Positions 37,000 through 51,144 of a stretch of DNA of 64,000 nt are shown one piece after another. A model generated the notes under the pieces. That model was not told the origin of the DNA. It saw nothing but the letters and a program-made list of their open reading frames with translations, and did not search any database. Within the stretch, counting starts at the first letter, position 1; each line of letters begins with the position of its first letter. A program made the position numbers and the translations under genes. The DNA is taken from contig JANJGN010000020.1 in assembly GCA_026770705.1 (NCBI GenBank), forward strand, positions 21,328,001 through 21,392,000, written 5' to 3'. The stretch comes from Isurus oxyrinchus. Its lineage: Eukaryota.

Positions 37000-37545
37000 G
37001 AAAGAAAGAATGTGCCTTTATATCGCACTTCTCATGAATTCTGGATTTCCCAAAGCGTTTTAAAACCAAAAGAATACTTTTGAAGTTAAAAGCAAAAGAC
37101 TGCAGATGTTAGAAATTTAAAATAAAAACAGCGCTCTGTAAAGTGTCATATGGATGTGAAATGTTAACCCTGTTTCTCTCTCCATAGATGCTGCCAGACC
37201 AGCTGAGTTTTTCCAACATGTTCCGTAAATGCATTTGAAGTGTAGTCACAGTTGTAATCAAGGAAACACAGCAGTCAACAAGCTCCCACAAACAGCAATG
37301 TGATAATGACCAGATAATCTGTTTGAGTGATATTGGTTGAAGAATAAACATTGGCTCAGAATACCAGGATGAACTCCCCTGCTCTTCTTCAAATCGTGGC
37401 ATTTCATCTGAAAGACAACACTTTCAAAAGTGCAGCACTCCTTCAATGCTGCATTGGAGTATCAGCCTGGACTTTATACTCAAGTCTTGGGAGTGGGACT
37501 TGAACCCACAACCTTCTGAATCAGAGGCAAGAGTGCTACTGATTG
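37000..37545 (-). mobile_element. Deu-like SINE with a Penelope fragment inserted at ~37088-37228
   Basis: Same core as 15680-16090; tRNA head gggacttgaacccacaaccttctga. Confidence 0.75.
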
Positions 37546-39899
37546 CCGGCCATAATTAAATTGTGTAATAAATAAATATTAAGTCACTGTTATCTATGCA
37601 TTATTTGAAGCAGACTGCTAAGTCATATTTTTTGGTTATTGCTTGTGCGTATTGGATCATCTGGGAGCAGTGCATAGAGGACAGTCCAGCAGAAAGGGCT
37701 GCATGCTGGTAACAACCTCTCTGATTTCTGTCCATTTAAATTAAAGACAAGAAATTGGTTTGTTTTTATTATTGATCAGTCTGATTTCCTTCCATGGAGT
37801 TTTTCCAGATGATCCCAAGTAATAAACCGAAATCGGTCCCCATGTTAATTTAGTACTTAGCAGCGTATCAGCACTAAGGAATAGGCACCCCCTCAATTCT
37901 CCTTACTGGGTCCTTCCAGTGGGCACAGAAGGCCTGTGAATGAGGGACACCCTCCGCCCTGGTGGGCCCACTGGTAAATCAGACAGGTTTTGTTGGACGG
38001 CCTCCTTGGATAGCGCATCTCCCTTCTGCTGTTGGTTGAATACTAGCAGTGGCAGGATGAGGCCTTTAAATGGCACTTAAGGGCCTTAGTTGACTTCAGG
38101 GTGGGAAGGCCACCTGCAAGTCTTCCTGCCCAGACCTAATTGGGGGAGGGGAGATTCTCCACCCTGCACCCACCCATCTGATCACACTGCCCCCCACCTC
38201 TCAACCCACCCTGGGGTGCGTTAAATTCCAACCCTCTCCCCGCCCCCGTCTGTTTCCATCAGTGCTTCAGGTGAACGTAAAAGGGCAGAACATTCTCCCA
38301 GTGTCCTAATTTAAATCCTCAACTAACTTCACAAAAAGACAGCCTAACTGATTACAAAACTCATTTGCTATCTGAAATTGGCTTCTGTGGATATTGACAC
38401 AACATTAACGATGCTTCAAAATATAATTGATTGGATAGATGTCAAATACTCTGGGATGTCGTGAGAGATGTGATAAGGGGTTAATTAAATATTAATTGTT
38501 AGCTGATTTAGAAGGCTCACTCTTATGGGCCCACATTCCTAGCACTGAGCTTTAACTGCTGGGTGACCATATTGGGAACTCAGGTGAAGAGGATGACAGG
38601 CTCCAAATGATCGGCTGTCCATTAATAATAATCTTTGTGGCCAACCTCCTGCAGCTCCACATTAACAGCAAGAATTCTTAAAGCCTGTTCCGTAGAGATT
38701 TGTTGCAAGACCTCCGGCAAGAGACAATGACAAGAAGTGGCAGGAGATGGTGAAACACTCCTGGCAATGCATCATTTACCTGGACCGCAATTTAGACGGT
38801 CAGGCTAAAGGCCTCCTCAGGATGTCGCATAGTGAAAGATTTAGTTTTGGAGGTAAGGCTGAAGGTGACAAAAACTGTTTTAGGATAAAACAAATATGTT
38901 CGCTGGAAAACCTGTAATTTTTGGGTCACTTTGAAGCCTTGAGCATACAAGCACAGGCAGCAATTTGCTCAGTTCCTTCTGCAACCAGAGCAAATTGTAG
39001 TGACAAAAATAAACATTCCTCAGCACAGTGTAATTTACTAAAGGGAGGATTCTGTCGCCGGTCTGCAGACGATTTTTGTCCAAGATATATTGAGTGCTTT
39101 TTCCACTATTTATGAGCTGATTGTGTGTTAACCTGCCAAAGAACTGAGTTCTCCCATTAGAGGAGGAGGACCAGGTAGCCACTGCCTCTCAGATGGTCTT
39201 CCTTCCTCTAGGGGTGCTTTGCCCTTTTTGAGGTCCTGAGTCATCACTTCTAGTGCTGAAATAGCATCCACATTCTCACTGGTAGTTTCCGTCTTGATGG
39301 TTGGAAAGCTATTGGGTGTCCATCTTGTGTATACAATGAGCCCTGGTCCAGAAAAATTGGTCAGCACTGTGGCATATAGGAGCAGTGGGCAGACGTTCTG
39401 CCTCATTGATAGACGAGAAACGCCCCCATGAGTTTGCGAGTAACTCTTATAGATTTGAGTTCTCTGCTTTGTGAGCACTTCCTTCAAAGTATTGTTTGTC
39501 TCTGCACAGTACAGGAAATGCTAGCCACAAGGAATGCCCACCTACAATTAAATTACCACAATTATGGAAGGCTATATAACTATGTTTTAGACATCTTGGC
39601 CTGTACGTAATTTCAGTGAGAACAGAACAGACAGCAAAATAAGTACTGCTAACAATAGTGTTTGCCTTTTCAGCTCATTCTTTTTCAGTTAATTCAGTTT
39701 ATTCTTAAACACTTTCACAGCCATCACTTATTTTTGCTCCAGTTTACGCTCATCTGAAAGTAGTTGACTTCTTGTTTTGATACGGCTCCAGGGATACCAG
39801 TTATTCTTTGATACCTTAACCAAATGGTTATTCTTCATGTATAAGTTTAGGAAGTGACTGACAATGGTCTATGGGGCCGGAGAAAGCATCATAAATTTG

Positions 39900-40310
39900 A
39901 GCTTGTTCTAAACTCTGCTGCCCCTATCCTAACTCATACTAAGTCCTATTCACTCATCACCTTTGTACTCATTCACCTACATTGACTTTTGACTCAGCAA
40001 CACCTTGATTTTAAAACTCGCACCCTTGTTTTCAAATACCTCAAGGTTTCACCCCTCCCTATATCTGTAACCACTTCTAACCCTACAACTGTCCAAGATA
40101 TCTGCACTTTGCCAACTCTTGCCCCTGCACACCCACTATTTTAATCTCTCCAACACTGGCAGCCTACTTAAAACCTACTCCTTTGACTGAGTTTTTGGTT
40201 ACCTGTTCTAAGGTCTCATTAAGTGTCAAATTTTGTTTAATTATTTGCAGTGAAATGCCCTGGGGTGTTGTACTGTGTCAAAGGCACTATGCAAATGCAA
40301 GGTGTTGTTT
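39900..40310 (+). mobile_element. L2 LINE 3' end
   Basis: Decayed 3' region ending aaaggcactatgcaaatgcaaggtgttgtt. Confidence 0.7.
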
Positions 40311-40354
40311 ATAACTCAACCTGATCTCATTCCCAGCATATGAATGCCCATCAA

Positions 40355-41000
40355 TCAGGGGTCACTGAATTGTAATGAGGGGCTTGATTTTCGATTCGGG
40401 GTTGGGAACCCAACGCCCGGATAACTTCAGGGTCCTGAAACTCTGCTACATCAGCGCCGTATTCTATCTTTAAGTGTAAATACCTGAAATGGGTCGGAGG
40501 CAAGTTCAGCACACCATTAGCAGCATCAACCATGAGGTGGAAACTGTCTGCAAATGGCAAAGGTAGGCAGCAGCCATGATGGTGTCTGCACCTGCCTTGT
40601 CGAAAGGACCCTGGAGGGCCAGCAGCCTAAATGGTCACAAAAGTGGCCACGTAGCCAACTGAGTGGTCCTGACATTTTTTACCTTATATATAGAAAAAAA
40701 ATCTTTCACTTCTCCTTGCACTAGCTGTGCACTACCATACACCAGACTGTTCAGGTTCGTCCATTTGCCAATTGAAAATTGCATTCTCGCCCTTCCGGAC
40801 CCATTAGCAAGCTCCTCAAGGAGCTTAACAGGCCATTAATTGGAGGTGAGTGGGTTCCTGACTCCCTCTCCTCACCTGTCCTCGCTTTGAAAATCAGAGT
40901 GTGTCCTGGGGGCATTGGGATCCAGAGACACCTTTTGGAATGTGATTTTCAAATCACACCCGCACCCATTGCCAACCCCGCCAGCAATTGAAAATCTGGC
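40355..41000. mobile_element. Harbinger-type MITE
   Basis: ggggcttgattttc ... gaaaatctggc ends; GC-rich body like the other copies. Confidence 0.55.
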
Positions 41001-41064
41001 ATGAAGGATGGGAACTTGGCTGATTTTTCCCTCCCAGTATGGTGCCCCATATGAAATAACCTAA

Positions 41065-41178
41065 CTGCATGTCTGAAATAAAAGCAGAAAAGGCTAGTAA
41101 AATTCAACAGGTCTGGCAGCATTTGTGGAGTGAGAAACAGTGTTAACATTTCAAGTCCATATGACTCTTCTACAGAAC
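41065..41178 (-). mobile_element. Penelope terminal-repeat fragment with hammerhead-like motif
   Basis: Minus strand: gttCTGTAGAaGAGTCatatgGACTTGAAAtgttaac...ccacaaatgctgccagacctg. Confidence 0.75.
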
Positions 41179-42407
41179 ATGTCTGTATGTCTCCAGTACT
41201 CACTGGATAAATTTGCTGAACCCCATCGAGAGATCCTGTCATTAATTTGAATTAATATTCTGAGCTACAAAACCAGAATAGCAGGATCCCAATTTAATTA
41301 CATCCTGCTACTTTGTCTATGCTTAATTAGCAACTTAACACCTGCAAGGCAATGTATGCATTCAGAAGTGTCTTTTAAAATACACTGCACCACAAATACC
41401 CTTTTACTAAATAAAAGCAATAAAAAGTACATGGCAAGCTTCTAGACAAAGTAAACTATAATAAGGACATAAATCGCATGATAATTTATTGTGATAACTC
41501 CTCTCCTTTGCCCAACAAAAAATGTTTCCAAACATTTTCTCTCTTCAGGACTGTCCCTTTAAGAGGCACTTTGCAAGTTAAAATTATATGCTAACAGAAT
41601 GACAGAACTCAGTGGAGCTTTTTTAATGAATACAATGGGCTGATAATGAGAATAATCTGTAAAAGAATCACCATATACAGACTGGTTTTGATCCAAGTCT
41701 TCTGTGGTTTCAGAGTTATGAAAATAAATTTCATATGTTCATTTTTATGAGGTCACAATAAAACAGTGACATCCCAGCATGGTTTCCTTTTTATTTCCCA
41801 GCTAAACACAACATTAAAAAGTTAAATTAATGATTTATTTGTCTTATGTGAAACATCACACAAACTGTTATGAAAACTATGCTTCTTGGCAGTCTGCATG
41901 ATACAACTTTTAGTTCCATTTAAAGAGCTTGCCATAATTCACTGTTCTGCTCATGACATGAGCTATATGGTTGCCTCACTTGTGGAAATAAAAACCAAGT
42001 AAACAGACCTCAGTGAGACGTCCTCTGAGTTTTTGATGTTCTGTACATAGATTCCTCACATTAACATCAAATGGCAAACTAAGCATGTGGGCCAAATAAT
42101 GAAATATGGAATTCAATGCAGACAAGCAATTCAAAGTGCTGCACATAAGAACCAAAATAAGCAATACCCTGGTCAAGATGTAGCACCCGAAGCCTAGCCT
42201 ACAAGAACCTAATTTATTGCCTGGTCGTAAATCCCATTGTGGCTGTCAAGAGGAAATTTTGTGTGCTCATCATGACACAAGAGCACTCAGCTCCACCACT
42301 GAGATACAATTTTGACTTCAGTTTTCTATTCAGAAACTTTGGTACAAGTGTGCGTCTAATCTCTCTTGATCATTTAATGTCCATTAAAGCTAGACATCCA
42401 ACTTTAT

Positions 42408-42650
42408 AAGGCACTTAGATTTATATAGCGCCTCTCATGACCTCGGGTCATCACAAAGTGCTTTACAATTGATGAAACATTTTTGTAGTGTAGCCACTAT
42501 TGTAGTGTAGGAAATGTGGTGGCCAGTTGCGCACAGCAAGATCCCAGAAGCAGCAATGAGGGAATGATCAGATAATCTGTTTTTGGTATGTCTGTTGCAG
42601 GATAAAAATTGGCCAGGGAACTGAATGAATGCCATTGCTTGTATTAATAC
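42408..42650 (-). mobile_element. Deu-like SINE 3' part
   Basis: atttatatagcgcct tail and gcgcacagcaagatccca..gatcagataatctg core. Confidence 0.7.
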
Positions 42651-42819
42651 CAATATTATTTTAAATTTAAATACAATATACTCTTATTCCCTACAGCATC
42701 TATACAATTGTTATAATGCAGCAATCTTAACGTGTCTCAAAGTCTGGTAACTATTGTATGTACATCAGGCAATTCTTTTCAAATGTGTCATGTATGGAAG
42801 CATCACAGTTTTGCCCTGA

Positions 42820-43185
42820 ATCATAGAAATGCACATCACAAAAGGAGGCCATTCAGCCCATTGTGTCTTTGAATGAAGACTTTGCTGAAATTAGGACTTT
42901 ACTGTTAAATTAACAACATTTAACCAAAAGAAAAGGTAATCCAACCTAATCCCACCTGCCAGCTATTGACCTGCACCTTTGTAGGTTATGGCACTTCAAG
43001 CGCATATCCAAGTATTTTTCAAATGCTGTGAGGATTTCTGCCTCTACCACACATACAGCCAGTGAGTTTCAGACCCGCACCACCCCCTGGGTGAAAATAA
43101 TTCCTCAACTCCCTTGAACCTTTCTGCCCATTCATTTAAATCTCTGCCCCCTAGTTATTAAACTTTCTGCTAAGGGAAATAAGTG
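42820..43185 (-). mobile_element. CR1 3' end
   Basis: aatcatagaa...ggaggccattcagccca tail. Confidence 0.7.
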
Positions 43186-45299
43186 ATGTTCATTCAAAGA
43201 TTAGGTGATTGTTAATTTAACGGTAAAATCCATATTAGTTCAGCAATCAAAAGCCCAAACGAAAATGAACATAAAGAAGTTCCATTTAGTCATTAATTGC
43301 TAAAAGGTACAAGCAGGCAGAAGAAAACTGAAAAATTAAAATCAATATTTTTCTCAGAATGAGGGAGATAGAAAAATGACAGTTTTCCCATCGTGGAACG
43401 ATATCTAGGATCCAAATTTGCTTTTATTATTGATGACAAAGCGATTTAATTCTTGCATCGGGGAACCCAAATCAGGTATACAATTCATTCAATCTAAAAT
43501 GCACAATAGAAACATCATAAATTCTGGTAGAATTGGCTAGTGGCAGAAGATGTCCTCCAAATTTGTGCATATAGGAAAATATCAGGAAATTGTACCAATA
43601 TTAGTTGCAGCGCATTAAAGTTGAGCCTCCAGGAAAGAAGATTCACATGAACCAGCTGTCAAACCACAAAGTGGTAGTTGGGTTCCCAAGCTTTGACTGT
43701 CCACAAACCTTGCCTGAAACATCAGCTGTGACTGAAGCAATTGGGAAAAAAACATGTTTCTATTGTGCAACTACACATTTTGCAATTTTTAAAAAAGCGT
43801 AAAATGCTGGAAAAACCCAACAAGTCAAAAAGCATTTGTGGAGAGAGGAATAAATTTAATGTTCAGGTAATTGGTCGCAAAGTCTAAAAATCCCACACAT
43901 TGCACTGGCAGCCATTTCCGCTGCAGATTACTCTGTACCGCAGGTTGGGAAGGGAGTTGGCAAGGGCGTGCTGTGGGCGTGCCAGAAACATCAGGAATGG
44001 TCAGGTCGTGACGGCAAACAATCATTCCAGTTGATTTGACACATGTTTCTGAAACTTTGACTGTTTCAAGTCAAATGAAATCTGTACTAATCATGTAAAG
44101 CTTGAACATGCATTCAGCTGCATGACTGATCCCTCACGAATACTACATAAAGGACACACCACCCAACTTGCAGGTGAGGTGTTGCTGACTCACTTCTACT
44201 GTAGCTAAGTTTATGGAGGCACTGTGATTTGCTTAGGGGATGTTCATAGTGAGTTAGTTTCATTCAGGCAGGGCAGAGAATTTGGTCACCTGTCCATACC
44301 AAGTCTGAAAGAGATATGGGGGCTTGTAGTTGCAACCCTCCAGGTTTGCAACAGGACCAACAAATGGAGAAAGAGACTTCAAACAGGAGAAGCTCTGTCG
44401 GAGATGTGCATCTTCATCAGTGTTTTCCTCAATGCTGATGTTGACCTCCTAGACTAAGGCCTCCGGCGCTGCATCCGTGAACCTGGGAGCCCTGTCCCCA
44501 TCCTGGTGCTCCAATTGTTTTGTTTCCAAGAGTAGTTCTGGCAGTCAGCAGCAGCTTCCTTTCAGTCAATACAGTTCCCCTTAATGAGGAGCAGGCTGCC
44601 TTTAAGAGCTGGAGGCTAGCTGGAAACATGCTAGCTTCGCATGCTGCTAGGTTCCCTGTTGAGCATTCAGCCAGTCAGCAGCGGCTGGCCCACAAATCAC
44701 CAGTCCTTCATGCTCAAAAACAGGAAGAGACAAATTCCTAACCTAACTTTCAGGTTGAGAACCTTTCATCAAAACAGTAGAAAGTTAAAGATGTAACTGG
44801 CTTTAAGCAAATACAGAGGCAAAGAAAGGGGAGAGGGGAGGAAAGAAAATTTGTATAAGTATTTTGCAGGTTGCTTTTCAGCAATTTTATGTTGGGAAAT
44901 CTTTTGTTTCTCGCCATTCTGTCTTGGAGCTCTTTAGCGTGGGATTCACAATGTCCTTACAATGGAATAGGGAATAGGGAATACAACCAAAAATACAACT
45001 ATTTCCAGAAAATTCTACAAGCTTTGCAGCTCAGAAGAATTCCTCATAAGAAGGCATTGGTTCAGTAAAGAAACATAGAAGAAATTCCGCTTTTTATTTT
45101 ACCTCTGATGGTCCTTTCAAATACAAAAAATATAAAGAAGACACTTACTTCAGAACAGTGCATTCCATATCATAACTCTGCATGTGTATATTTAAAGCTT
45201 TCTTCTCATTACCACATCCCAATGCCTCTCTACTGTTTGTGAATGTATGCTCATGTGGCAACAAGAAGATACTCCAAGGATGATTGTGGTGCTTGGTTG

Positions 45300-45586
45300 T
45301 ACTGTAACACTTGTTCTTGTAGGGTGTGGTTTATAGTTCGGTAAGTTTGAAGAAGTGTTCGTTGCCATACATAGGTTAACTTTAAGTCTTAATTGACTCA
45401 GAATTATTTACAAATATACAGTAAAGGGTACAAGCTAGGAGTTGTCTTCATGCTGGCTGGTACACATACTCTGTCCAACACTCGACTGATCCTGGGTGTG
45501 GGTCATGTGCTTTCTTACATCACTGTGTGGGTGGTACTGTACTCAGTCCCACATTAACCCTAAATGTGCTAGACCCTTGTACTATG
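45300..45586 (-). mobile_element. possible solo LTR
   Basis: About 280 bp. The minus strand carries agggttaatgt near its start, as does the Gypsy LTR at 18803. Ends and TSD are not resolved. Confidence 0.4.
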
Positions 45587-47841
45587 CTTGTGGATATGGT
45601 GGATTTCACTTTAGGGCTTCTGAGCCATGGGAGGACCTTCCAGGAGGTTGCATATCCGCTGCTGTGCCTGGGCAACCTGGTCCTCAACCAGCCATGAGCG
45701 AGCATTTGAGGATGAAGGTTGGAAATGTCCTGTTGTGGGAGCTTTTAGGGGAGAAAAGATGGTATCATGAAGGAGAGCCTCAAGCATGGCACTTGTGCTG
45801 AATCCCAGATCTGTGTTCCCATTTGAGTAGGAGGTGTGGTGACATCAGTTAGATTCTGCAGACCCAAAGGGATGCAGAGCCAAAGCTCTTGGAAGTCACT
45901 TTCCATAATTTTCTCCAAACAATCCTATAAGGCCTCAGGGCCAGTGATCAAACCGTCCACTTCAGATGCACTGACTGGCCTGGCAGCTCCTCTGTTAGGA
46001 CAGGTACCATGGTAGATGGTGTCACTGCACATACAAGAGGCGCTGCATTACGTTTAATCCTTCTTACATATTGACACTGAGGATGGCGCTGGACTTTGCT
46101 GTGAACCCAGGTATCCTATCTCAGATCCTCCAAAGTGCTCCTTAGGTATGTCCATGTGGGTCTGATGCTTCTCCAGCATCCTGTTCAGAGCTGGACCTAT
46201 AAATCCAAGTCCACAGACTTGGGAGCCAGGAGTTCCATCGAGTCTCTGCTCTCTTAACAAATCCCTTTTTTGCCTCTGACTCAGCTGGCACTATGAGGGC
46301 TATGAATGGTGCCATACATAAAAGGTTTTGAGGAGAGAAGAGTAAAATTACTTGTTTCTTAAGCAATTTTTTGGATGTGCAACAAAATAGGACTACAAAT
46401 AAGTCTGCGAGGCCTGTGTCTTTCAGCATTAATGAGGTATTAGTTACTTAAGTTCATGTCAGTCATGTGAATATAGCGTCACTGAGGTTGTTAAATTACA
46501 GTAGTGGGTGAACTATCGTTGCATTATGGCCCAGAATGACAATGTTAAAGATGAATAGTCTGGAACTGCCTAAGAACATGTAGTATATAATAAACATTAT
46601 GAAGAGTATGCAGACCAACAAGAGGGTAGGATCAGACAAGGTGGTTAAGTGGAGAAAAACACAAGGGTGGGCTTGTGGGCTTAAAGGCCTGTTTCTGTGC
46701 TAGGATGGTCTATGATTCTATGAAAATCATCCTGGACAGAAAAAATTATGAACCCCTAGCTTTATATCATTTTACTCTTGTCTGATTAGTATTCATATAG
46801 GATAAACTGACCTTAATGACATCATCTGGGAACCAAAAGGGCAAAAAAATGTCCATTTCGCACAGGGGTACCACAGAGATACATATTCCTTCAAATGTAA
46901 CAAGAGACAACAGAGAAGAAAAGAAATAGAGTTATACTCTTTCAATACTTATGGACCTAGGTTGTTGTAGCCTGAGACAACTAGCGGTTATCTACCCCAG
47001 TTACAGAGACAGATTTATTATAGTTAGGAATCTTAATAAAAATACATTCATGTGTTTTGATATATTATTAAAAAGAAATGTAGATATTCTTATGGCCTGG
47101 TCGTAATCACCCTATTGGAACCTGGCTACACAGGCTTGTCGTACCTCCCCGTCCACCCCCGCCTATTGGAATCTGGCTACACAAGCTTGCCTTTCCCCAC
47201 TCTCCCTCCCCTCCACTCCACCACCCCCCCACCTCCCTCACCTCTACCGCCACCTATTGGATATTCTTCTTTATGCAGCGGGTGTTGTTTCATAATTTCA
47301 GTTTCATGACTGGAACACTACTGGATATCAATTTGCTCGTAATGAGTCCTGTCCTGGATCCCACGCATTGTGCAATGGTGCTACTCTTCCTATAACCTTT
47401 CTTCCTTTAGTTGTTCTTTGTGTACATTTATTATTCTTATAAAGCACATTTGCTATAAACCAAATAACCTAGTAAAGGATTGGAATGAACAGCATTTGAT
47501 GTCTGGCATTATTAAACTGTTAAATAGAGTGCAATTTCTCAGTAATATTCTCACTTCAAAAATTTGTAAGCCACTCGAGCTTTGACGAATTGGTTTATGA
47601 TGCCATTTGAATCTCCTGGGTGTATATCCTCCAGTTAGTAACCTTCTACCTATTTGTGTGAGGGTGCAGCCTACATTAGTGTTACACAAGCATTACACTC
47701 GTTGGGAGATAAAATCAACCCTCAAGTTACAAGCTGTATACAGAAAAATCAGGTAAACACATACCTGACCCAAGCATGAGCCACTAGTGTATCAACTCAC
47801 TTCCCTCTCCCTCTATTACACAGAACTTCTGTTCCATTGAT

Positions 47842-49030
47842 AGGCCTGGATTTTTGCAATGATGGATGTCCCCGAAAATCAGAAGTCCCACCCCCGACCT
47901 ACCATTTCTCTCGGGGCGGGAACGGGCCCAGGTCAGGATTTGAGCATGCGCATTTTGCAGAGGCAGCTGCCCATTCAAATCAGCAACTGCCTCCAATCAT
48001 GTCTAATTTTGGTGACCCAGGTGTGTGAAACCTGGTAGCAGCAGGTCAGAGCTTTGTGCAGTCCTCCGGAGAGGTGGGGTGCCCTTTTTGAGAGGTAAGG
48101 TACCCCTTTGGATATGAGCACAGGGCACCTTTGAGGAAGATGAGGTGCCCTTTGGGAGTGTTAAAAGGCATGAATGTGCATGAAAAGTTCATAAACTTAT
48201 TAACTGTCAAGCTCATTGGAACTGTCAAAAGTGTCAAAATGAGCTGTCTCAGGCAACTGTCAAGCTGTAAAAACATTTAAATTCCTGCCTTTTAAATCTT
48301 TGAAAAAATGTCTGGAGTGTTTTTTTTAAAAAAAAACATTCCTTGTTATTTCACTCTGTACATTGACAAAAACCTGAGGTCTACCATTGCTGGATTAGTG
48401 CTGCATGACTGGTAAATGTAATGAATGAGTTTTTATGAATGAGAGTGCTTTTTAAAAAAAAAAATCTGCAACAGAAACTTAGAACTTTATTTTATTTAAT
48501 CAACATGGGTCCCGAGGTCTGCCTATGGTGAATACTGGGTAAGTTGGCATGATAGTTGTAAGGGCAAAGGTTGATGGGTGGGCATGGGTTGGCATAGGGA
48601 CTTTAAAGGGGGTGGGGTAGAACAACATAGTTTGGCATTGAGGGTATGAGGGGTTATGGGGTTGGTGGAGGGGTATTTGTTTGCATAGATGGTATGAGGG
48701 GCAATTGGGGTGGGTACAGGGACATAGATTGGCATGTAGGGTATGAGGGATCACAGGGGTGGGTAGGGGGCATGAGAAGGCAATGGGTTGGCATGAATGG
48801 GACATGGGAAGGTGGGGGGATTGTGAGCAGTGAGGGCTGTTTTTTGTTTTATTCCTTTTTTAAAAATCTTGGATACAGCGCTGGATCAAATAGGGCAGGC
48901 CTTCCGCCCAGCCAACCTCCGCAGCCAGTAGCCTCTGTGTTCATTCCAGGGCTATTCCGCCCAGCCAACCTCCGCACCCAGCAGCCTCTGTGTTCATTCT
49001 GGAGCTATTGTGCGAAGACGTACAAATTGG
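47842..49030. mobile_element. MITE-like / non-autonomous DNA element with G/T-rich internal low-complexity tract
   Basis: aggcctggattttt left end; repeated gttggcat/ggtatgaggg units at 48540-48800; internal ~50-bp duplication at 48909-49010. Confidence 0.55.
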
Positions 49031-49214
49031 CTATTTTTATCTTGTAGTTCAATAGAATTCCAAATCTAAACATAATGGCCTTTCAAAAATATGTTTCTTG
49101 GTATTGATTATGCTGTTATCTGCAACATCTCTAATACTCACAGCCCTCTACAATTGTCAGGTGGTTAAAGGAAAATTCTTAAACAGTATAATGAAGCTAT
49201 TATGGAATACTACA

Positions 49215-50600
49215 AGATATGGGAGGGAGACAAAAAGCAGGAAACTATAGGCCAGCTAGCTTAACATCTGTCATAGGGAAAATGTTAGAAGCCATTATAA
49301 AAGACGTCTAACAGGGCAGTTAGATAAATTTAAGGTAATCAGGCAGAGTCAGCATGGCTTAATGAAAGGGAAATCATGTTTAACTAATTTATTGGCATTC
49401 TTTGAAGAAGTTACAGGGGCTGTGAATAAAGGGGAGCCGGTATGTTGCACTTAGATTTTCAGAAGACATTTGATAAGGTGCCTCATTAAAGGTTATTGCG
49501 GAAAATAAAAGCTCATAGTGTAGGGGATAACATATTGGCATGGATGGAAGATTGGCTAGCTAACAGGAATCAGAAAATAGGCATAAATGGCTTATTTTCT
49601 GGTTGTGATAAGTGGTGTGCCACAGGGATCTGCGCTGGGGCCTCAAATCTTTACAATTTATATAAATGATTTGGACAAAGGGACGGATGGGATGGTTGCT
49701 AAATTTGTTGATGACACAAAGGTAGGTAGGAACGTAAATTGTGAAGAGGACGTAAGGAGGCTACAAAAGGATATGGACAGGTTGGGGTGAGTGGGCAAAG
49801 ATCTGGCAAATAGAGTATAATGTAGGAAAATGTGAGGTTGTCCATTTTGGCAGGGTGAATAAAAAAGAGGCATATTATTTAAACGGTGAGAGATTGCAGA
49901 GCTCTCAGATGCAAAGGGCTCTGGGTGTCCAGAATTGCAAAAGGTTAGTATGCAGGTCCAGCGAGTAATTAGGAAAGCTAATAGAATGTTATTGTTTATT
50001 GTGAGGGGAATTGATTACAAAAGTAGGGAGGTTATGCTTCAGTTATATAGGGCATTGGTGAGACCACATCTGGAGTAGTGTGTACGGAATGGATCTCCTT
50101 ATTTAAAGAAAAATGTAAATGCGTCAGAAGCAGGTCAGAGAAAGTTTATTAGATATATATGTGGAATGGATGAGTCATCTAATGAGGAAAGGCTGGATAG
50201 ACAAGGCTTGTATCTGCTGGGGTTTAGAAGAGTAAGAGGTGACTTGATTAAAACATATTAGATCCTGAGGGGACTTGATACGCTGAATGTAGAAAGGATA
50301 TTTCCTCTTGTGGGAGAACTTAGAACTCGGGGTCACTGTTTCAAAATATGGGGTTGCCCATTTAGGAGAGAGATGAGGATTTTTTTTCTCTCAGATGGTT
50401 GTGAGACTTTCAATTCTCTTCCTCGAGAGGTGGTTGAGGCAGAGTCCTTGAATATACTTAAGGCTAGATTCTTGATAAGCAAGGGGATGAAAGGCTATCA
50501 GGTAGGCAGGTTAAAATCAGATCAGCCATGATTTTATACATGGCGGAGCAGGCTTGAGGGGCTGAGTGGCCTACTCCTGCTCCTAATTCGTATGTTCATA
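49215..50600 (+). mobile_element. CR1 LINE, RT domain to 3' tail
   Basis: SGVPQGSALGPQIFTIYINDLD..KFVDDTK; tail ggcctactcctgctcctaattcgtatgttc. Confidence 0.92.
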
Positions 50601-51144
50601 AAAACCAGTGGGAGCATTACATTACATTGTAACAAACCATATTGTCAAGATTTTGAGCTGACATGAGTTAATATCCAGCTCTATCCACTAGATGGCAATC
50701 TTAGACTTCAAATTTCTTGGCAATATATTAGAAGGCACCAGAAGGAATGTTAAAAATGACCATACAAATTGGCAAAATGCTATCTCTGGTTTCTTGCACG
50801 TTGAAAGCATTTGAGGAAGCTGGTAATATGCCAATCTCAATCTGAGTTTGGTGGGTTGACAATCTGGTGGGATCCGGAATAGGTTCAAGATGCATGAGAA
50901 GCAATTCATTCTTATTACAGTGGCTTTGCCTTGAAGTCACTTGGGCAGAGATTTGAGCAGGTTATTTAAATTGTTTATCACCATGGATGATTTGCTTTTA
51001 TGGGGGTGGGGAGGAGTAATTATTTCATATAGAGTCAGAAGTTCCAGTGTTGCTATTATCCCAAGTATCTGAAACCAATCCCTCAAGGTTGCACAGTGTG
51101 AACATTTATGTACGTGGTAACAGCTAGTGTAGTAGAACATGTTA

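Noticed and set aside
45590-46330. Coding-looking stretch with several short ORFs
   Set aside because: No motif recognised on either strand and no compatible splice sites; probably an unrecognised old repeat
47111-47260. Short direct repeats cctattggaa.ctggctacac
   Set aside because: Two to three short copies in a C-rich tract; ordinary local duplication
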